Under the pieces are notes generated by a model. That model saw nothing but the letters and a program-made list of their open reading frames with translations. It was not told the origin of the DNA and made no database searches. Below are positions 19,683-28,685 of a stretch of 38,028 nt of DNA, piece by piece. Source of the DNA: an uncultured Pseudomonadota bacterium (GTDB lineage: Bacteria; SAR324; NAC60-12); the NCBI GenBank assembly GCA_913020725.1, contig CAJWCD010000015.1, forward strand, positions 1-38,028, read 5' to 3'. Every line of letters begins with the position of its first letter. The stretch's first letter is position 1. Made by a program: the position numbers and the translations under genes.

Positions 19683-20704
19683 GTGATGCCTACGGTGCCG
19701 CCGGAGTGAGCCTTGCCGCCGCCGATGACAGCGTGGCGCGGCTCAAGCCGCTCGTTCACAAAACACTGCGCCCGGAAGTCTTGGGTGGAATCGGTGGCTT
19801 TGGAGGACTGTTCCAGCTCGATCTTGCACGCTTTCAGCAGCCTGTGTTGGTCTCCGGAACAGATGGCGTGGGCACCAAACTCAAGATCGCACATGAGTTG
19901 GGCCGTCATGACACCATCGGCATTGACCTCGTGGCGATGTGCGTCAACGACATTTTGGTGCAAGGAGCCGAACCGCTGTTTTTTCTGGATTATTTTGCCT
20001 GTGGAAAGCTTGCACCCGCCCAGCTTGAGGCGGTGGTCGCTGGCATCAGCACAGGCTGTGTGCAGGCCGGATGCGCCTTGCTTGGGGGAGAAACCGCCGA
20101 GATGCCCGGAATGTACACCGGCGGCGAATACGACTTGGCCGGATTCGCGGTGGGCGCGGTGGACCGGGAACGGCTCATTGACGGGCAAAAGATCGCTTCT
20201 GGTGACGCCCTGCTTGGCATCGCCTCCAGCGGTGTCCACTCGAACGGTTTTTCGCTGGTCCGCAAGCTGCTCGCCGACCATCAGCTTGTGCTGGACTCCC
20301 CGCTTCCGAGAACAAAAACGGACCTCGGCACCGCTCTGCTCGCGCCCACGCGAATTTACGTCCAACCGATCCTGAAACTGCTGGAGTCGGTCGCGGTGCA
20401 TGGCATGGCGCACATCACGGGCGGTGGTTTGCCGGGGAATGTTCCCCGCATGATTCCGGACGGTTTGGGTGCAGTGCTGCAACGCAACGCATGGCCGCTG
20501 CCGCCAGTGTTGAGTTTCCTGCAAAAAGTGGGTGGCTTTGCTCCGGAAGACCTTGATCCCGTCTTCAACCAAGGACTGGGCTTTGTCATTTGTGTTGCCG
20601 AGGCGGACGTGAAAACCACGCTGGAAATCCTCAGATGCAGCGGGGAGCAAGCCTTCCGGATCGGCGGAATCGAAGCCTCCGCCAAACCATTCCAGTGGGC
20701 ATGA
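19679..20704 (+). CDS. purM: Phosphoribosylformylglycinamidine cyclo-ligase
   Basis: GGIGGFGG, TDGVGTK, AMCVND, GGETAEMPG, SSGVHSNGFS, HITGGG. Confidence 0.98.
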   Translation: MSDAYGAAGVSLAAADDSVARLKPLVHKTLRPEVLGGIGGFGGLFQLDLARFQQPVLVSGTDGVGTKLKIAHELGRHDTIGIDLVAMCVNDILVQGAEPLFFLDYFACGKLAPAQLEAVVAGISTGCVQAGCALLGGETAEMPGMYTGGEYDLAGFAVGAVDRERLIDGQKIASGDALLGIASSGVHSNGFSLVRKLLADHQLVLDSPLPRTKTDLGTALLAPTRIYVQPILKLLESVAVHGMAHITGGGLPGNVPRMIPDGLGAVLQRNAWPLPPVLSFLQKVGGFAPEDLDPVFNQGLGFVICVAEADVKTTLEILRCSGEQAFRIGGIEASAKPFQWA

Positions 20705-21306
20705 CCCTGCGCCTTGCCGTGTTTGCCTCCGGACGCGGCAGCAACCTGCTCGCCCTCCACGATGCAATACAGGACGGACGTATTCCGGGAGCCGAACTCG
20801 CCCTTGTCGTCTGCGACCGACCGGCAGCTCCAGTGGTCTCAAAAGTGTGGGAACGCAAGCTGCCGATTTTCGTGTTTAACTCCAAGGATTTTCCGGGCAA
20901 GGCGGATTATGAACAGACGATTCACGAGCAGCTTACCGAAAACGGAATTGGCCTGATCGTGCTGGCAGGCTACCTGCGGCTCATTGGACCCACCCTGCTG
21001 AAGCCTTGGGAAGGTCGCATCATCAACCTGCACCCCTCGCTGCTCCCGAAATTTCCGGGCAAGGACGCCATCAAGCAGGCGTGGAAGGCAGGAGTTTCCG
21101 CAACTGGAGTCACGGTTCATTTTGTTGATTCCGGGATAGACTCCGGTCCGGTGATCGCACAGGAGCAAGTGTGGCGCAAAGCTAACGACACGCTGGAAAC
21201 CCTATCCGAGCGTATCCATCAAACCGAGCATCGTTTGCTTCCGGAAGTGGTCCGGGCTTTGGTGGCACGGGAGCCGTTGCGCGTCTGGGAAAAAATTCGT
21301 TTTTGA
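20701..21306 (+). CDS. purN: Phosphoribosylglycinamide formyltransferase
   Basis: FASGRGSN, LAGYLR, INLHPSLLPKFPG, GVTVHFVD.GIDSGP. ATGA overlap with purM. Confidence 0.97.
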   Translation: MTLRLAVFASGRGSNLLALHDAIQDGRIPGAELALVVCDRPAAPVVSKVWERKLPIFVFNSKDFPGKADYEQTIHEQLTENGIGLIVLAGYLRLIGPTLLKPWEGRIINLHPSLLPKFPGKDAIKQAWKAGVSATGVTVHFVDSGIDSGPVIAQEQVWRKANDTLETLSERIHQTEHRLLPEVVRALVAREPLRVWEKIRF

Positions 21307-21326
21307 AGCGGTTGCGTTTGCAGCGG

Positions 21327-22373
21327 CTAACTCAGGGCGGTTTGCAAGTCCTGATGAGCGTCTAGCAGAATGCGGCGGGTGTTCTCCCAGTCGAGGCAGG
21401 CGTCAGTGATCGAGACACCGTATTCCATGTCCGGACCCACCTTCTGGCTGCCGCCTTTGAGGTTGCTTTCGATCATCACGCCGATCAGTGATTCGTTGCC
21501 GTCCTTGATTTGACGTACGATGTCACGCAGCACGATTTCCTGCCGCACCGGGTCTTTTCCAGAATTGGCGTGGTTGCAATCAACCATGATCTCCTGGCGC
21601 AGCCCGGCTTTTTCCAGACCGTCCTCGGCTTTCTTGACGGCAAGGGCATCGAAGTTCGGACCGTGCTTGCCGCCGCGCAGGACGAGGTGGCCATAGCGAT
21701 TGCCCCGCGTTTGGATCACGGAGGTCTGCCCGTCGAGGTTAATGCCAAGAAAATGATGCGGCTCCAGCGCGGCTTGCATTGCATTGATCGCAGTGTCGAG
21801 GTTGCCGTCCGTGCCGTTCTTGAAACCAACGGGCATGGAAAGCCCACTTGCCATCTCACGGTGCGTTTGCGATTCTGTCGTGCGGGCGCCGATCGCGCTC
21901 CAAGAGAGCAGTTCTGCGAGGTACTGTGGAGAGATGGGGTCTAGGGTTTCTGTGGCGGCGGGAACGCCGAGTTCGTTGACCTCCACCAGAATTTGCCGCG
22001 CCAGCCGGAGTCCCTTTTCAACCTTGTGGGTGCCGTCCAAATCCGGATCGTTGATCAAGCCCTTCCAGCCCACCGTGGTGCGCGGCTTCTCAAAATAGAC
22101 CCGCATCACCAACAGCAGCGTGTCCTTGACCTTATCGGACAAATCCTTGAGCCGCGCGGCGTAGTCCAAGGCAATGCGGGGATCGTGGATGGAACAGGGG
22201 CCGACCACCACCAGCAACCGTCGGTCTTCGCGGTCGAGGACGCGCTGGACTTGATGGCGTCCGGTAAGGACCGTCGCGTTTGCCACTTCGCTCATCGGCA
22301 AACGCTCCTTGAGTCTGCTCGGCGACATCAGGGGGCACATGTCCACGACGTTGAGGTTGTTCGTTTGCTGCAT
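21327..22373 (-). CDS. aroG: 3-deoxy-7-phosphoheptulonate synthase, class I-alpha (AroF/G/H type)
   Basis: VGPCSIHD, RVYFEKPRTTVGWKG, IGARTTESQTHRE, VGFKN, YGVSITDAC. The specific isoenzyme cannot be determined. Confidence 0.95.
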   Translation of the reverse strand: MQQTNNLNVVDMCPLMSPSRLKERLPMSEVANATVLTGRHQVQRVLDREDRRLLVVVGPCSIHDPRIALDYAARLKDLSDKVKDTLLLVMRVYFEKPRTTVGWKGLINDPDLDGTHKVEKGLRLARQILVEVNELGVPAATETLDPISPQYLAELLSWSAIGARTTESQTHREMASGLSMPVGFKNGTDGNLDTAINAMQAALEPHHFLGINLDGQTSVIQTRGNRYGHLVLRGGKHGPNFDALAVKKAEDGLEKAGLRQEIMVDCNHANSGKDPVRQEIVLRDIVRQIKDGNESLIGVMIESNLKGGSQKVGPDMEYGVSITDACLDWENTRRILLDAHQDLQTALS

Positions 22374-22419
22374 GGAGTGGGACTTGGAGTGTGCGGGTGG
22401 ATGAGGCAAGCTAAAGTGG

Positions 22420-22496
22420 TGGTCGGAGCGACTGGATTTGAACCAGCGACCGCACGCCCCCCAGGCGTGTGCGCTACCAGACTGCGCTACGCTCCG
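22420..22496 (-). tRNA. tRNA-Pro(GGG)
   Basis: CGGAGCGTAGCGCAGTCTGGTAGCGCACACGCCTGGGGGGCGTGCGGTCGCTGGTTCAAATCCAGTCGCTCCGACCA: 77 nt cloverleaf, anticodon stem CACGC/GCGTG with GGG, T-loop TTCAAAT, encoded CCA. Confidence 0.97.
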
Positions 22497-22508
22497 ACAC
22501 CTTTTGTT

Positions 22509-22537
22509 AGCTTAGGCGCATTGCCAGCGAGTGTCAA
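22509..22537 (-). promoter_or_regulatory. Sigma70 promoter for tRNA-Pro (and possibly the DAHP synthase gene)
   Basis: Minus strand TTGACA-17 bp-TAAGCT, ending 12 bp before the tRNA 5' end. Confidence 0.8.
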
Positions 22538-22648
22538 GCCCACTGAGGCAACCTTGTTTGCGGAATATGAGTCGTGGCATTTCCGGGCCAAGCCGATACG
22601 GTGTTAGGCGTGTCACGTACCGGAACAAACCCAAGGACAAGAAAAGGC

Positions 22649-23041
22649 ATGAGCAACGAGATCATCCGAATCGGCGGAGCCAGTGGCTTCTGGGGGGAAT
22701 CGTCACTGGCGACCCCACAGCTTTTGCAGGCGGGGAATTTGGATTTCATCGTGTACGACTACCTCGCCGAAATCACCATGTCGCTGCAGGCAAGGGCACG
22801 GGCGCAAGCTCCGCAACTTGGCTATGCGACCGATTTCCTTGACGCCACGCTCAAGCCCAACTTCCCGGAAATCGCCCGTCAAGGTGTGAAGCTCATCTCC
22901 AACGCCGGGGGCGTGAACCCGCACGCCTGTGCCGCCGCCGCCCGCAAAGCAACTGCCGAGGCCGGACTTGCCCTCAAAATCGCAGTGGTCAGCGGTAAGG
23001 CGAACAAACGAGAAAGAGAGTTTGATGAAAGCAAAACCTGA
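22649..23041 (+). pseudogene. atuA: Truncated AtuA (DUF1446, acyclic terpene utilisation) N-terminus fused to a BrnT-like C-terminal tail
   Basis: IRIGGASGFWG, YDYLAEITMS, GYATDF, NAGGVNP, KIAVVSG, then abruptly KANKREREFDESKT*. Full-length AtuA is several hundred aa longer. Confidence 0.85.
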
Positions 23042-23297
23042 TCGCGTCTCCCAAGCAGACTGGGATGAGGTCGATTCTCCCCCTCTGTCTCAAGCAATGC
23101 TGGCACGAATGCAACCTGTCTCTCAGGCGCACCCTGAAATCCCGCCTCGTGTACAAGCACCTCAACAAACTCAATCGAAAATACCGATTTCTGTTCGTCT
23201 CAGCCCCCAAGTGGTGAAGCATTTCAAATCTCTGGGAAGAGGATGGCAAGTCCGCCTTGATGAGATCTTGTGCGAGTACGTCGCCTCTCATAAGTAA
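23025..23297 (+). CDS. BrnA-family antitoxin
   Basis: DWDEVDSPPLS...K.PISVRLS..VV.HFKS.G.GWQ.R.DE.L, the RHH antitoxin pattern. Overlaps the BrnT-like tail as in BrnTA operons. Confidence 0.85.
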   Translation: MKAKPDRVSQADWDEVDSPPLSQAMLARMQPVSQAHPEIPPRVQAPQQTQSKIPISVRLSPQVVKHFKSLGRGWQVRLDEILCEYVASHK

Positions 23298-23328
23298 ATC
23301 TGAGTTGGGCTAAATTCACGGACCCCAG

Positions 23329-23420
23329 ATGAGCAAATTCCAAAGCATCCTCGTTGCAAACCGGGGGGAGATTGCCGTGCGGGTGTTGTGTTGCGTACCG
23401 CCACGCGCTTGGGCTTCCGT
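23329..23420 (+). pseudogene. Biotin carboxylase (acyl-CoA carboxylase alpha; AtuF/LiuD-like) N-terminal stub
   Basis: MSKFQSILVANRGEIAVRVL / LRTATRLGFR, frameshifted by a tandem GTGTT duplication (23383-23392). Similarity is lost after about 23420. Confidence 0.85.
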
Positions 23421-23779
23421 TTTGGTGGCGGGCGCGGCGGACTGTACCGTTGGAGCAACGGCCACTTGCGTTTTTGCCGACTCCACCTCATCCAAAGCAA
23501 AACTGCGCATTCCCTGAACATAATGCGCCTGCACTGCTGCCGATTTGTCATAGCGCCCGCCTGGCGTGAATACGGCCCCCTCCCCATCCCTGCCAAAAGC
23601 GGTTGCCAGCAGCTTGCTCGTGGAAACCTTTTTGATGATTTTTTTCGGATGCTCTCTCAAATAGCCCAACTCCGAACTCGTTGAAAAATCCGCCTATTTC
23701 TCGTATCATCAAATGATCCGCTCCACTCTTGGTTCAGGGACGAACCGGGAGTCGCAGAGACCGACAGACAGGGAACGTC

Positions 23780-25591
23780 ATGGCAATCACGCAGGAAGTC
23801 GTGTATGACGAGAGCAAGATCGTCACGCTTTCGTCGCTCGAACACATCCGCCTCCGTCCGGGCATGTACATCGGACGACTCGGCAACGGCTCACATCCCA
23901 ACGATGGCATCTACATCCTCCTCAAGGAGGTCATTGACAACTCGATCGATGAGTTCATCATGGGGCACGGACGACGCATCGAAATCCGCATTGACGGCGG
24001 CGAGGTCTTCGTCCGGGATTACGGACGCGGCATTCCGCAGGGCAAGCTGGTGGATTGCGTTTCGGTGATCAACACCGGGGCGAAATACAACGACGAGGTC
24101 TTCCAGTTCAGCGTCGGCCTCAACGGGGTGGGGACGAAAGCGGTCAACGCGCTTTCAGAAGAATTTGAAATCGCCTCCATCCGCGAAGGCAAATCTGTGC
24201 GAGCACTTTTTGGCAAGGGCGAGTTGATCAATGCGGGCAAGCCGGAGTCCTCGACCGAGAAATCCGGAACGTCCGTACGCTTTGTGCCGGACCTACAACT
24301 TTTTCCAAAGTACGACTATGAGCTTGCGGTCGTGCGCCGCAGGCTCTGGAACTACGCCTACCTCAACCGCAACCTCACGCTCATACTCAACGGCGAGCGT
24401 TTCAAGTCCGAGAACGGACTGCTCGACTTGCTCAGGGAGGAGGTGCAGGAGGAGAATCTCTACCCGCCCATCCACGCTAGTGTGACGCATGTGGAGTTTT
24501 CCTTCACCCACACCGACCGCTACGGCGAGGAGCATTTCAGCTACGTCAACGGCCACTACACCAACGACGGCGGCAGCCACCTGAGCGCATTTCGGGAGGG
24601 GGTTTTGAAGGGGGTCAACCAATTTTTCAAGACCAGTTTCGATGGGCCGGACGTGCGGGACGGTCTTGTGGGCGCAGTCGCTGTGAAAATCAAGGAGCCA
24701 GTCTTTGAATCACAGACCAAAAACAAGCTGGGCAACTCGGATTTGCGCTCGTGGTTGATGCCGCTGGTGCGGGACACGCTGGTGGATTTCCTCTACAAAA
24801 ACCCGGAAACCGCCGAGGCGTTACGCCAGAAGGTGCAGTCGAATGAGCGCATCCGCAAGGAGTTGAGCAAGGTCAAGAAAGCCGCCCGCGAGAACGCCCG
24901 CAAAACCGCACTCACTGTTCCCAACCTCAAGGATTGTAAAGTCCACCTCGGCGACAAGTCCAAGCGTGGAGAGGAGAGCATGGTCTTCCTCACCGAGGGG
25001 GCCTCCGCTGGGGGCAGCATGATCAGCAGCCGGGACGTGCAAACGCAGGCGATCTTCTGTCTCAAGGGTAAGCCGCTCAACACTTGGGGGCAGGGCATGG
25101 ATGTGCTTTACAAGAATCAGGAACTCTACAACATCATGAAGGCGCTCGGCATTGAGGACTCGATTGATGGACTGCGCTACAACCGGGTCATCCTCGCCAC
25201 CGACGCCGATGTGGACGGCCTTCACATCCGCAACCTGCTGCTCACCTTCTTCCTCACCTACTACGAAGGACTCGTGCAGCGCGGACACATCCACATCCTC
25301 GAAACCCCGCTCTTCCGGGTCCGGAACCAAAAAGAGACGCGCTACTGCTATAACGAGGAAGAAAAACAGGAGGCGCAAGCCGCGTTGAAATCCGGGCGTT
25401 TTCTGGAAATGACGCGCTTCAAGGGGTTGGGAGAAATCTCCCCCAAGGAGTTCGGGCAGTTCATTGGCGAGGACATGCGGGCGGTTCCCGTGGGCGTGGA
25501 ACACATGCATGAAGTCCGGGGGCTACTGGAGTTTTACATGGGACCGAACACCTCCAGCCGCCGTGAGTACATCATGGAGCATCTCGTCTGA
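23780..25591 (+). CDS. parE: DNA topoisomerase IV subunit B
   Basis: EHIRLRPGMYIG, EVIDNSIDE, GLNGVG, FESQTK, TEGASAGG, LKGKPLN, ATDADVDG, RFKGLGE. Short (~603 aa) ParE type. Confidence 0.93.
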   Translation: MAITQEVVYDESKIVTLSSLEHIRLRPGMYIGRLGNGSHPNDGIYILLKEVIDNSIDEFIMGHGRRIEIRIDGGEVFVRDYGRGIPQGKLVDCVSVINTGAKYNDEVFQFSVGLNGVGTKAVNALSEEFEIASIREGKSVRALFGKGELINAGKPESSTEKSGTSVRFVPDLQLFPKYDYELAVVRRRLWNYAYLNRNLTLILNGERFKSENGLLDLLREEVQEENLYPPIHASVTHVEFSFTHTDRYGEEHFSYVNGHYTNDGGSHLSAFREGVLKGVNQFFKTSFDGPDVRDGLVGAVAVKIKEPVFESQTKNKLGNSDLRSWLMPLVRDTLVDFLYKNPETAEALRQKVQSNERIRKELSKVKKAARENARKTALTVPNLKDCKVHLGDKSKRGEESMVFLTEGASAGGSMISSRDVQTQAIFCLKGKPLNTWGQGMDVLYKNQELYNIMKALGIEDSIDGLRYNRVILATDADVDGLHIRNLLLTFFLTYYEGLVQRGHIHILETPLFRVRNQKETRYCYNEEEKQEAQAALKSGRFLEMTRFKGLGEISPKEFGQFIGEDMRAVPVGVEHMHEVRGLLEFYMGPNTSSRREYIMEHLV

Positions 25592-26265
25592 TGATCGAAC
25601 TGGCACCCCTCTGGGAAGGCCCGTGGTGGTCGGACCTGCTTGGACTGTTTGGCTTGGGCGGAGTGATGATGGTCCCCCTCGGCATCTGTTCGGTGCTAAC
25701 CTTCTCAGTCATTATCGAACGCATCTGGTCGTTGCGTTCCGGACGGCTGCTGCCCGGTGAAGCGCTCCGGATCGTGCGCCAGCAAGTGGCGGAAAATCCG
25801 GGGCAGCCCTCAAAGCTTACACCAGAAAACACGCATCCGGTGGGGCGCATCTTGCGGCACGGGCTCGACTTGCTGCCGACCACGTCCGGGCATCTACAGG
25901 AAGCGTTGCGGGATCAGGCGCAGCGGGAGCGGCACACGCTGGAGCGCGGACTGACGACTCTGGAAGTGATCGCCGGCATCGCCCCGCTTTTTGGATTGCT
26001 CGGAACCGCGCTTGGCATGATCGAGGTTTTTCAGAATCTAGCACTTGCGGGTCCGGGACGCAACGAAGCGCTGAGCCGGGGGATTTCCGAAGCGTTGCTC
26101 ACAACCGTCCTTGGGCTGGGAATCGGCATTCCGGCCCTCGTGGCCCACTCGCTTTTTACACGAAAGCTTGACGCGCTCAGCCTACGGCTTGAAGAGGAGG
26201 TGCAATTCGTCTATGATCGTTTGCAGCGCAACAGCGCAAAGCAGCCGACGAAGCGGAGCGGATGA
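25591..26265 (+). CDS. exbB: MotA/TolQ/ExbB proton channel protein
   Basis: GGVMMVPL, IAPLFGLLGTALGMI, GISEALLTT..GL.IGIPA. Confidence 0.9.
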   Translation: MIELAPLWEGPWWSDLLGLFGLGGVMMVPLGICSVLTFSVIIERIWSLRSGRLLPGEALRIVRQQVAENPGQPSKLTPENTHPVGRILRHGLDLLPTTSGHLQEALRDQAQRERHTLERGLTTLEVIAGIAPLFGLLGTALGMIEVFQNLALAGPGRNEALSRGISEALLTTVLGLGIGIPALVAHSLFTRKLDALSLRLEEEVQFVYDRLQRNSAKQPTKRSG

Positions 26266-26678
26266 GACTCTTTGAGCCGAGAATCCGCCGACCGAGGATC
26301 GTCCTGACTCCCCTCATTGACATCCTTTTTCTGCTCATCATCTTCTTCGTGGTCTCCTCGCGGCTCGCGGACGAGTCCGGACTCACGCTCCGCCTGCCTG
26401 AAAGCGGGCAGTCGCAATCCTTGGAACGTACTCCGGTGTTGGTGCAGGTCGGGGCGGACGAAACCATGCAGATCGATGGATTGCCTGTGCAGCCCGGGCA
26501 CTTGGAGGACGCCCTGCGAGCGTTGCGGGCCTCCGAATCCGTGGACTTGCTGGTGCTGCAAGTGGACCGCCGCGTGCCGCACGGGCGGGTGGTGCAACTC
26601 ATGGACACCGCCAAGGCGGCGGGTTTTTTGCGGGTGGCCTTCGGCACACAACCTGCACCACTAGCTGAAGAGTTTTGA
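26262..26678 (+). CDS. exbD: ExbD/TolR family protein
   Basis: LTPLIDILFLLIIFF TM with conserved Asp, D..VPHG.VV.LMD.AK.AG. Confidence 0.92.
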   Translation: MRLFEPRIRRPRIVLTPLIDILFLLIIFFVVSSRLADESGLTLRLPESGQSQSLERTPVLVQVGADETMQIDGLPVQPGHLEDALRALRASESVDLLVLQVDRRVPHGRVVQLMDTAKAAGFLRVAFGTQPAPLAEEF

Positions 26679-26697
26679 CCTGATTTTTGGAAGCATT

Positions 26698-27006
26698 ATG
26701 GCAGATTTGCAATCCCTCGTGGGTGGCGGCGAGAACGAGGTTTACCACAACCACAAATTCGTTGAGGACGTGCCCATGCTCATGAGCGTGGAGATTGGGC
26801 GCACCGAGATGAACCTCAAGGACATCCTGAGCCTCAAGAAAGGATCGGTCATCGAGTTCCCCAAGGTCGTGGGCGAGCCAATGGACGTGGTGATCTCCGA
26901 GCGCCTGATGGCACGCGGCGAGATCGTGGTCGTGAATGAAAACTACGGGGTTCGCATCAGCGAAGTGACCCGCCCCGACGAGAAGGTCGGCGACCGCCGC
27001 GAATGA
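26698..27006 (+). CDS. fliN: Flagellar motor switch protein FliN (SpoA domain)
   Basis: DVP..MSVEIGRT.M..KDIL.L.KGSVIE....GEP.D......MARGEIVVVNENYGVRISE. Confidence 0.88.
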   Translation: MADLQSLVGGGENEVYHNHKFVEDVPMLMSVEIGRTEMNLKDILSLKKGSVIEFPKVVGEPMDVVISERLMARGEIVVVNENYGVRISEVTRPDEKVGDRRE

Positions 27007-27038
27007 ACTCCGTGCGGGCTGAGCGAATCGCAGCCCAA

Positions 27039-27392
27039 TCAGGCTAGTCCCCAGCCTTTCCGTTCCTGCATAAACATTTCCAGCAAATCCCGGTACTTTT
27101 CCTCCAATTCGTCCAGCACCTTGAATGATTGGTTCTTGACGAGTTTGAGCCCTCCGGACTCTGTTGTGGTGAACGAGGAGACGTGCCGCAGCACCCAACC
27201 CTCCGGGGTGGAATCCACAAAAAACACCTTGTCGGTTTCAATGTCTGGCTGGTTGGTGTAACGGAAGCGTACCGCGATGTGGCCGTGCTGCTCACCCGTC
27301 CAATAGCACACCGGTCCCCATTCTGGATGAGGGATTTCGCCCTGCACCGCGCTGGGCCAGTTTTGTTGAAGGGCGTCCTCGAGATCACTCAT
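27039..27392 (-). CDS. Hypothetical protein (117 aa, soluble)
   Basis: Start MSDLED at 27392 overlaps the stop of the upstream gene (ATGAGTGA). Protein-like composition, no recognised motif. Confidence 0.7.
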   Translation of the reverse strand: MSDLEDALQQNWPSAVQGEIPHPEWGPVCYWTGEQHGHIAVRFRYTNQPDIETDKVFFVDSTPEGWVLRHVSSFTTTESGGLKLVKNQSFKVLDELEEKYRDLLEMFMQERKGWGLA

Positions 27393-28533
27393 GTTCGTTT
27401 TTCGAATTGAGGAGGGAGCGGACGCAGTTCCGCGTGAGGGGGTCTCGCATCCGAAACGCCACCCGATCCAGATAATAGTGCGCAAAACCACTGGAGAGCG
27501 CCAACACGGTGGCGAATCCCAGCCACGGCTCGTGGGCCAACCCTGCCGCCAACTCCGGCAGCACCGCCAGCGGCGAGTCTTGTGCGGAGACGGCCCCTTC
27601 GACGTCAAGAATGGGGGAGAGGATCACAGAAATCAGCACCAATCCTGCGAGCGTGAATCCGAGTCTTTGGCGGTTGAGAGTCCTGTTGTTTGTAAGCGTT
27701 TTTCCATCCCGTGCGGACATGGCCACGACCAAGCCAAGATTGGCCAGCCAGTGCTGCATCGTCCACGCCATCAAAAAGAGTATCGGATCCACCACAAACG
27801 CCGACACTCCCAGCAAGCCCAAACCTCCGAGATAAAGCCGATTCGGCAAGCTACGGTTGCGATTTCGCCAAAGCCCCCAGCAGGTGCCACCCACAACGGC
27901 TAAGCATCCCACGGCGGTTCCTCCATCCACCACTCCTGTAAAGAATTCGTAGCCCAGCACCCCGGAGTCTTGCAGGAAGGAGGTGCCATGCAGGATTTCT
28001 GCAAAGGCGACCGCGCCCACCACAAAGTTACAGAAGCGTTGGTCCCTGTGTCCGGAGTCCTGAATTCCGGAGTGTGTTGGTCGTCGGTAAAGTTGCAGCA
28101 GCCCGTAGTGCTGCTTGGCGTAGTGATGCAAGCTGAGGGCGAAATCGAGTAGCAGCAAACCCAGCAGTGCCTCGCCTCGGTTAAAGGGCAAGATGTGTCC
28201 TGAGAGAAAAATCCCAACTCCCACTAAAACAACAACCCCCAGCAGGGTGTTCCTCAAGCGAACCCCGTCCCGGCTGCGTAGCGGCGCGTAGGCCGAGGTG
28301 CCAAACACCAGCCATGCGGAGGCAAACCGATGGGCGATCCAGACCGCAAAAAGTGCCAGCAGATAAATTCTGGACCACGCAGTGTGATCCAGCAGAACCG
28401 TCAACGGCACCAACCAGAGCGCCGAGTGGAGCCAGAAACCATCCCACCCCGGACTCTGCACCCAAGGAGCCTTGTAGGCAGGAAGGGTTTCGGAGCGGGA
28501 GGTGGAGAAGGAAAGGCTGGTCACAAGTTTCAT
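27385..28533 (-). CDS. Hypothetical polytopic membrane protein with spaced His motifs
   Basis: About 9-10 TM segments, AHRFAS, HHYAKQHYG, QHWL, AHYYLD...FRMRD. Confidence 0.75.
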   Translation of the reverse strand: MKLVTSLSFSTSRSETLPAYKAPWVQSPGWDGFWLHSALWLVPLTVLLDHTAWSRIYLLALFAVWIAHRFASAWLVFGTSAYAPLRSRDGVRLRNTLLGVVVLVGVGIFLSGHILPFNRGEALLGLLLLDFALSLHHYAKQHYGLLQLYRRPTHSGIQDSGHRDQRFCNFVVGAVAFAEILHGTSFLQDSGVLGYEFFTGVVDGGTAVGCLAVVGGTCWGLWRNRNRSLPNRLYLGGLGLLGVSAFVVDPILFLMAWTMQHWLANLGLVVAMSARDGKTLTNNRTLNRQRLGFTLAGLVLISVILSPILDVEGAVSAQDSPLAVLPELAAGLAHEPWLGFATVLALSSGFAHYYLDRVAFRMRDPLTRNCVRSLLNSKNEHE

Positions 28534-28685
28534 GCATCGGGAACGGTTTCCATGATGATAGCAAAGCTCCGGATCAGAAGGAAGGCTGTAGTGAGTTTGA
28601 GGTTAGCTGTAGTCGCAAACGTAATGGGCAAGGTACAGTAATTGCTTGAGTGGGGCGGAAGTTGTTGCACCCGAGACGGACAAAC

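Noticed and set aside
22420..23720. tRNA-Pro as integration site for the adjacent scar region
   Set aside because: The tRNA 3' end faces the DAHP synthase gene, not the scar. No duplicated tRNA 3' end (att) or integrase was found.
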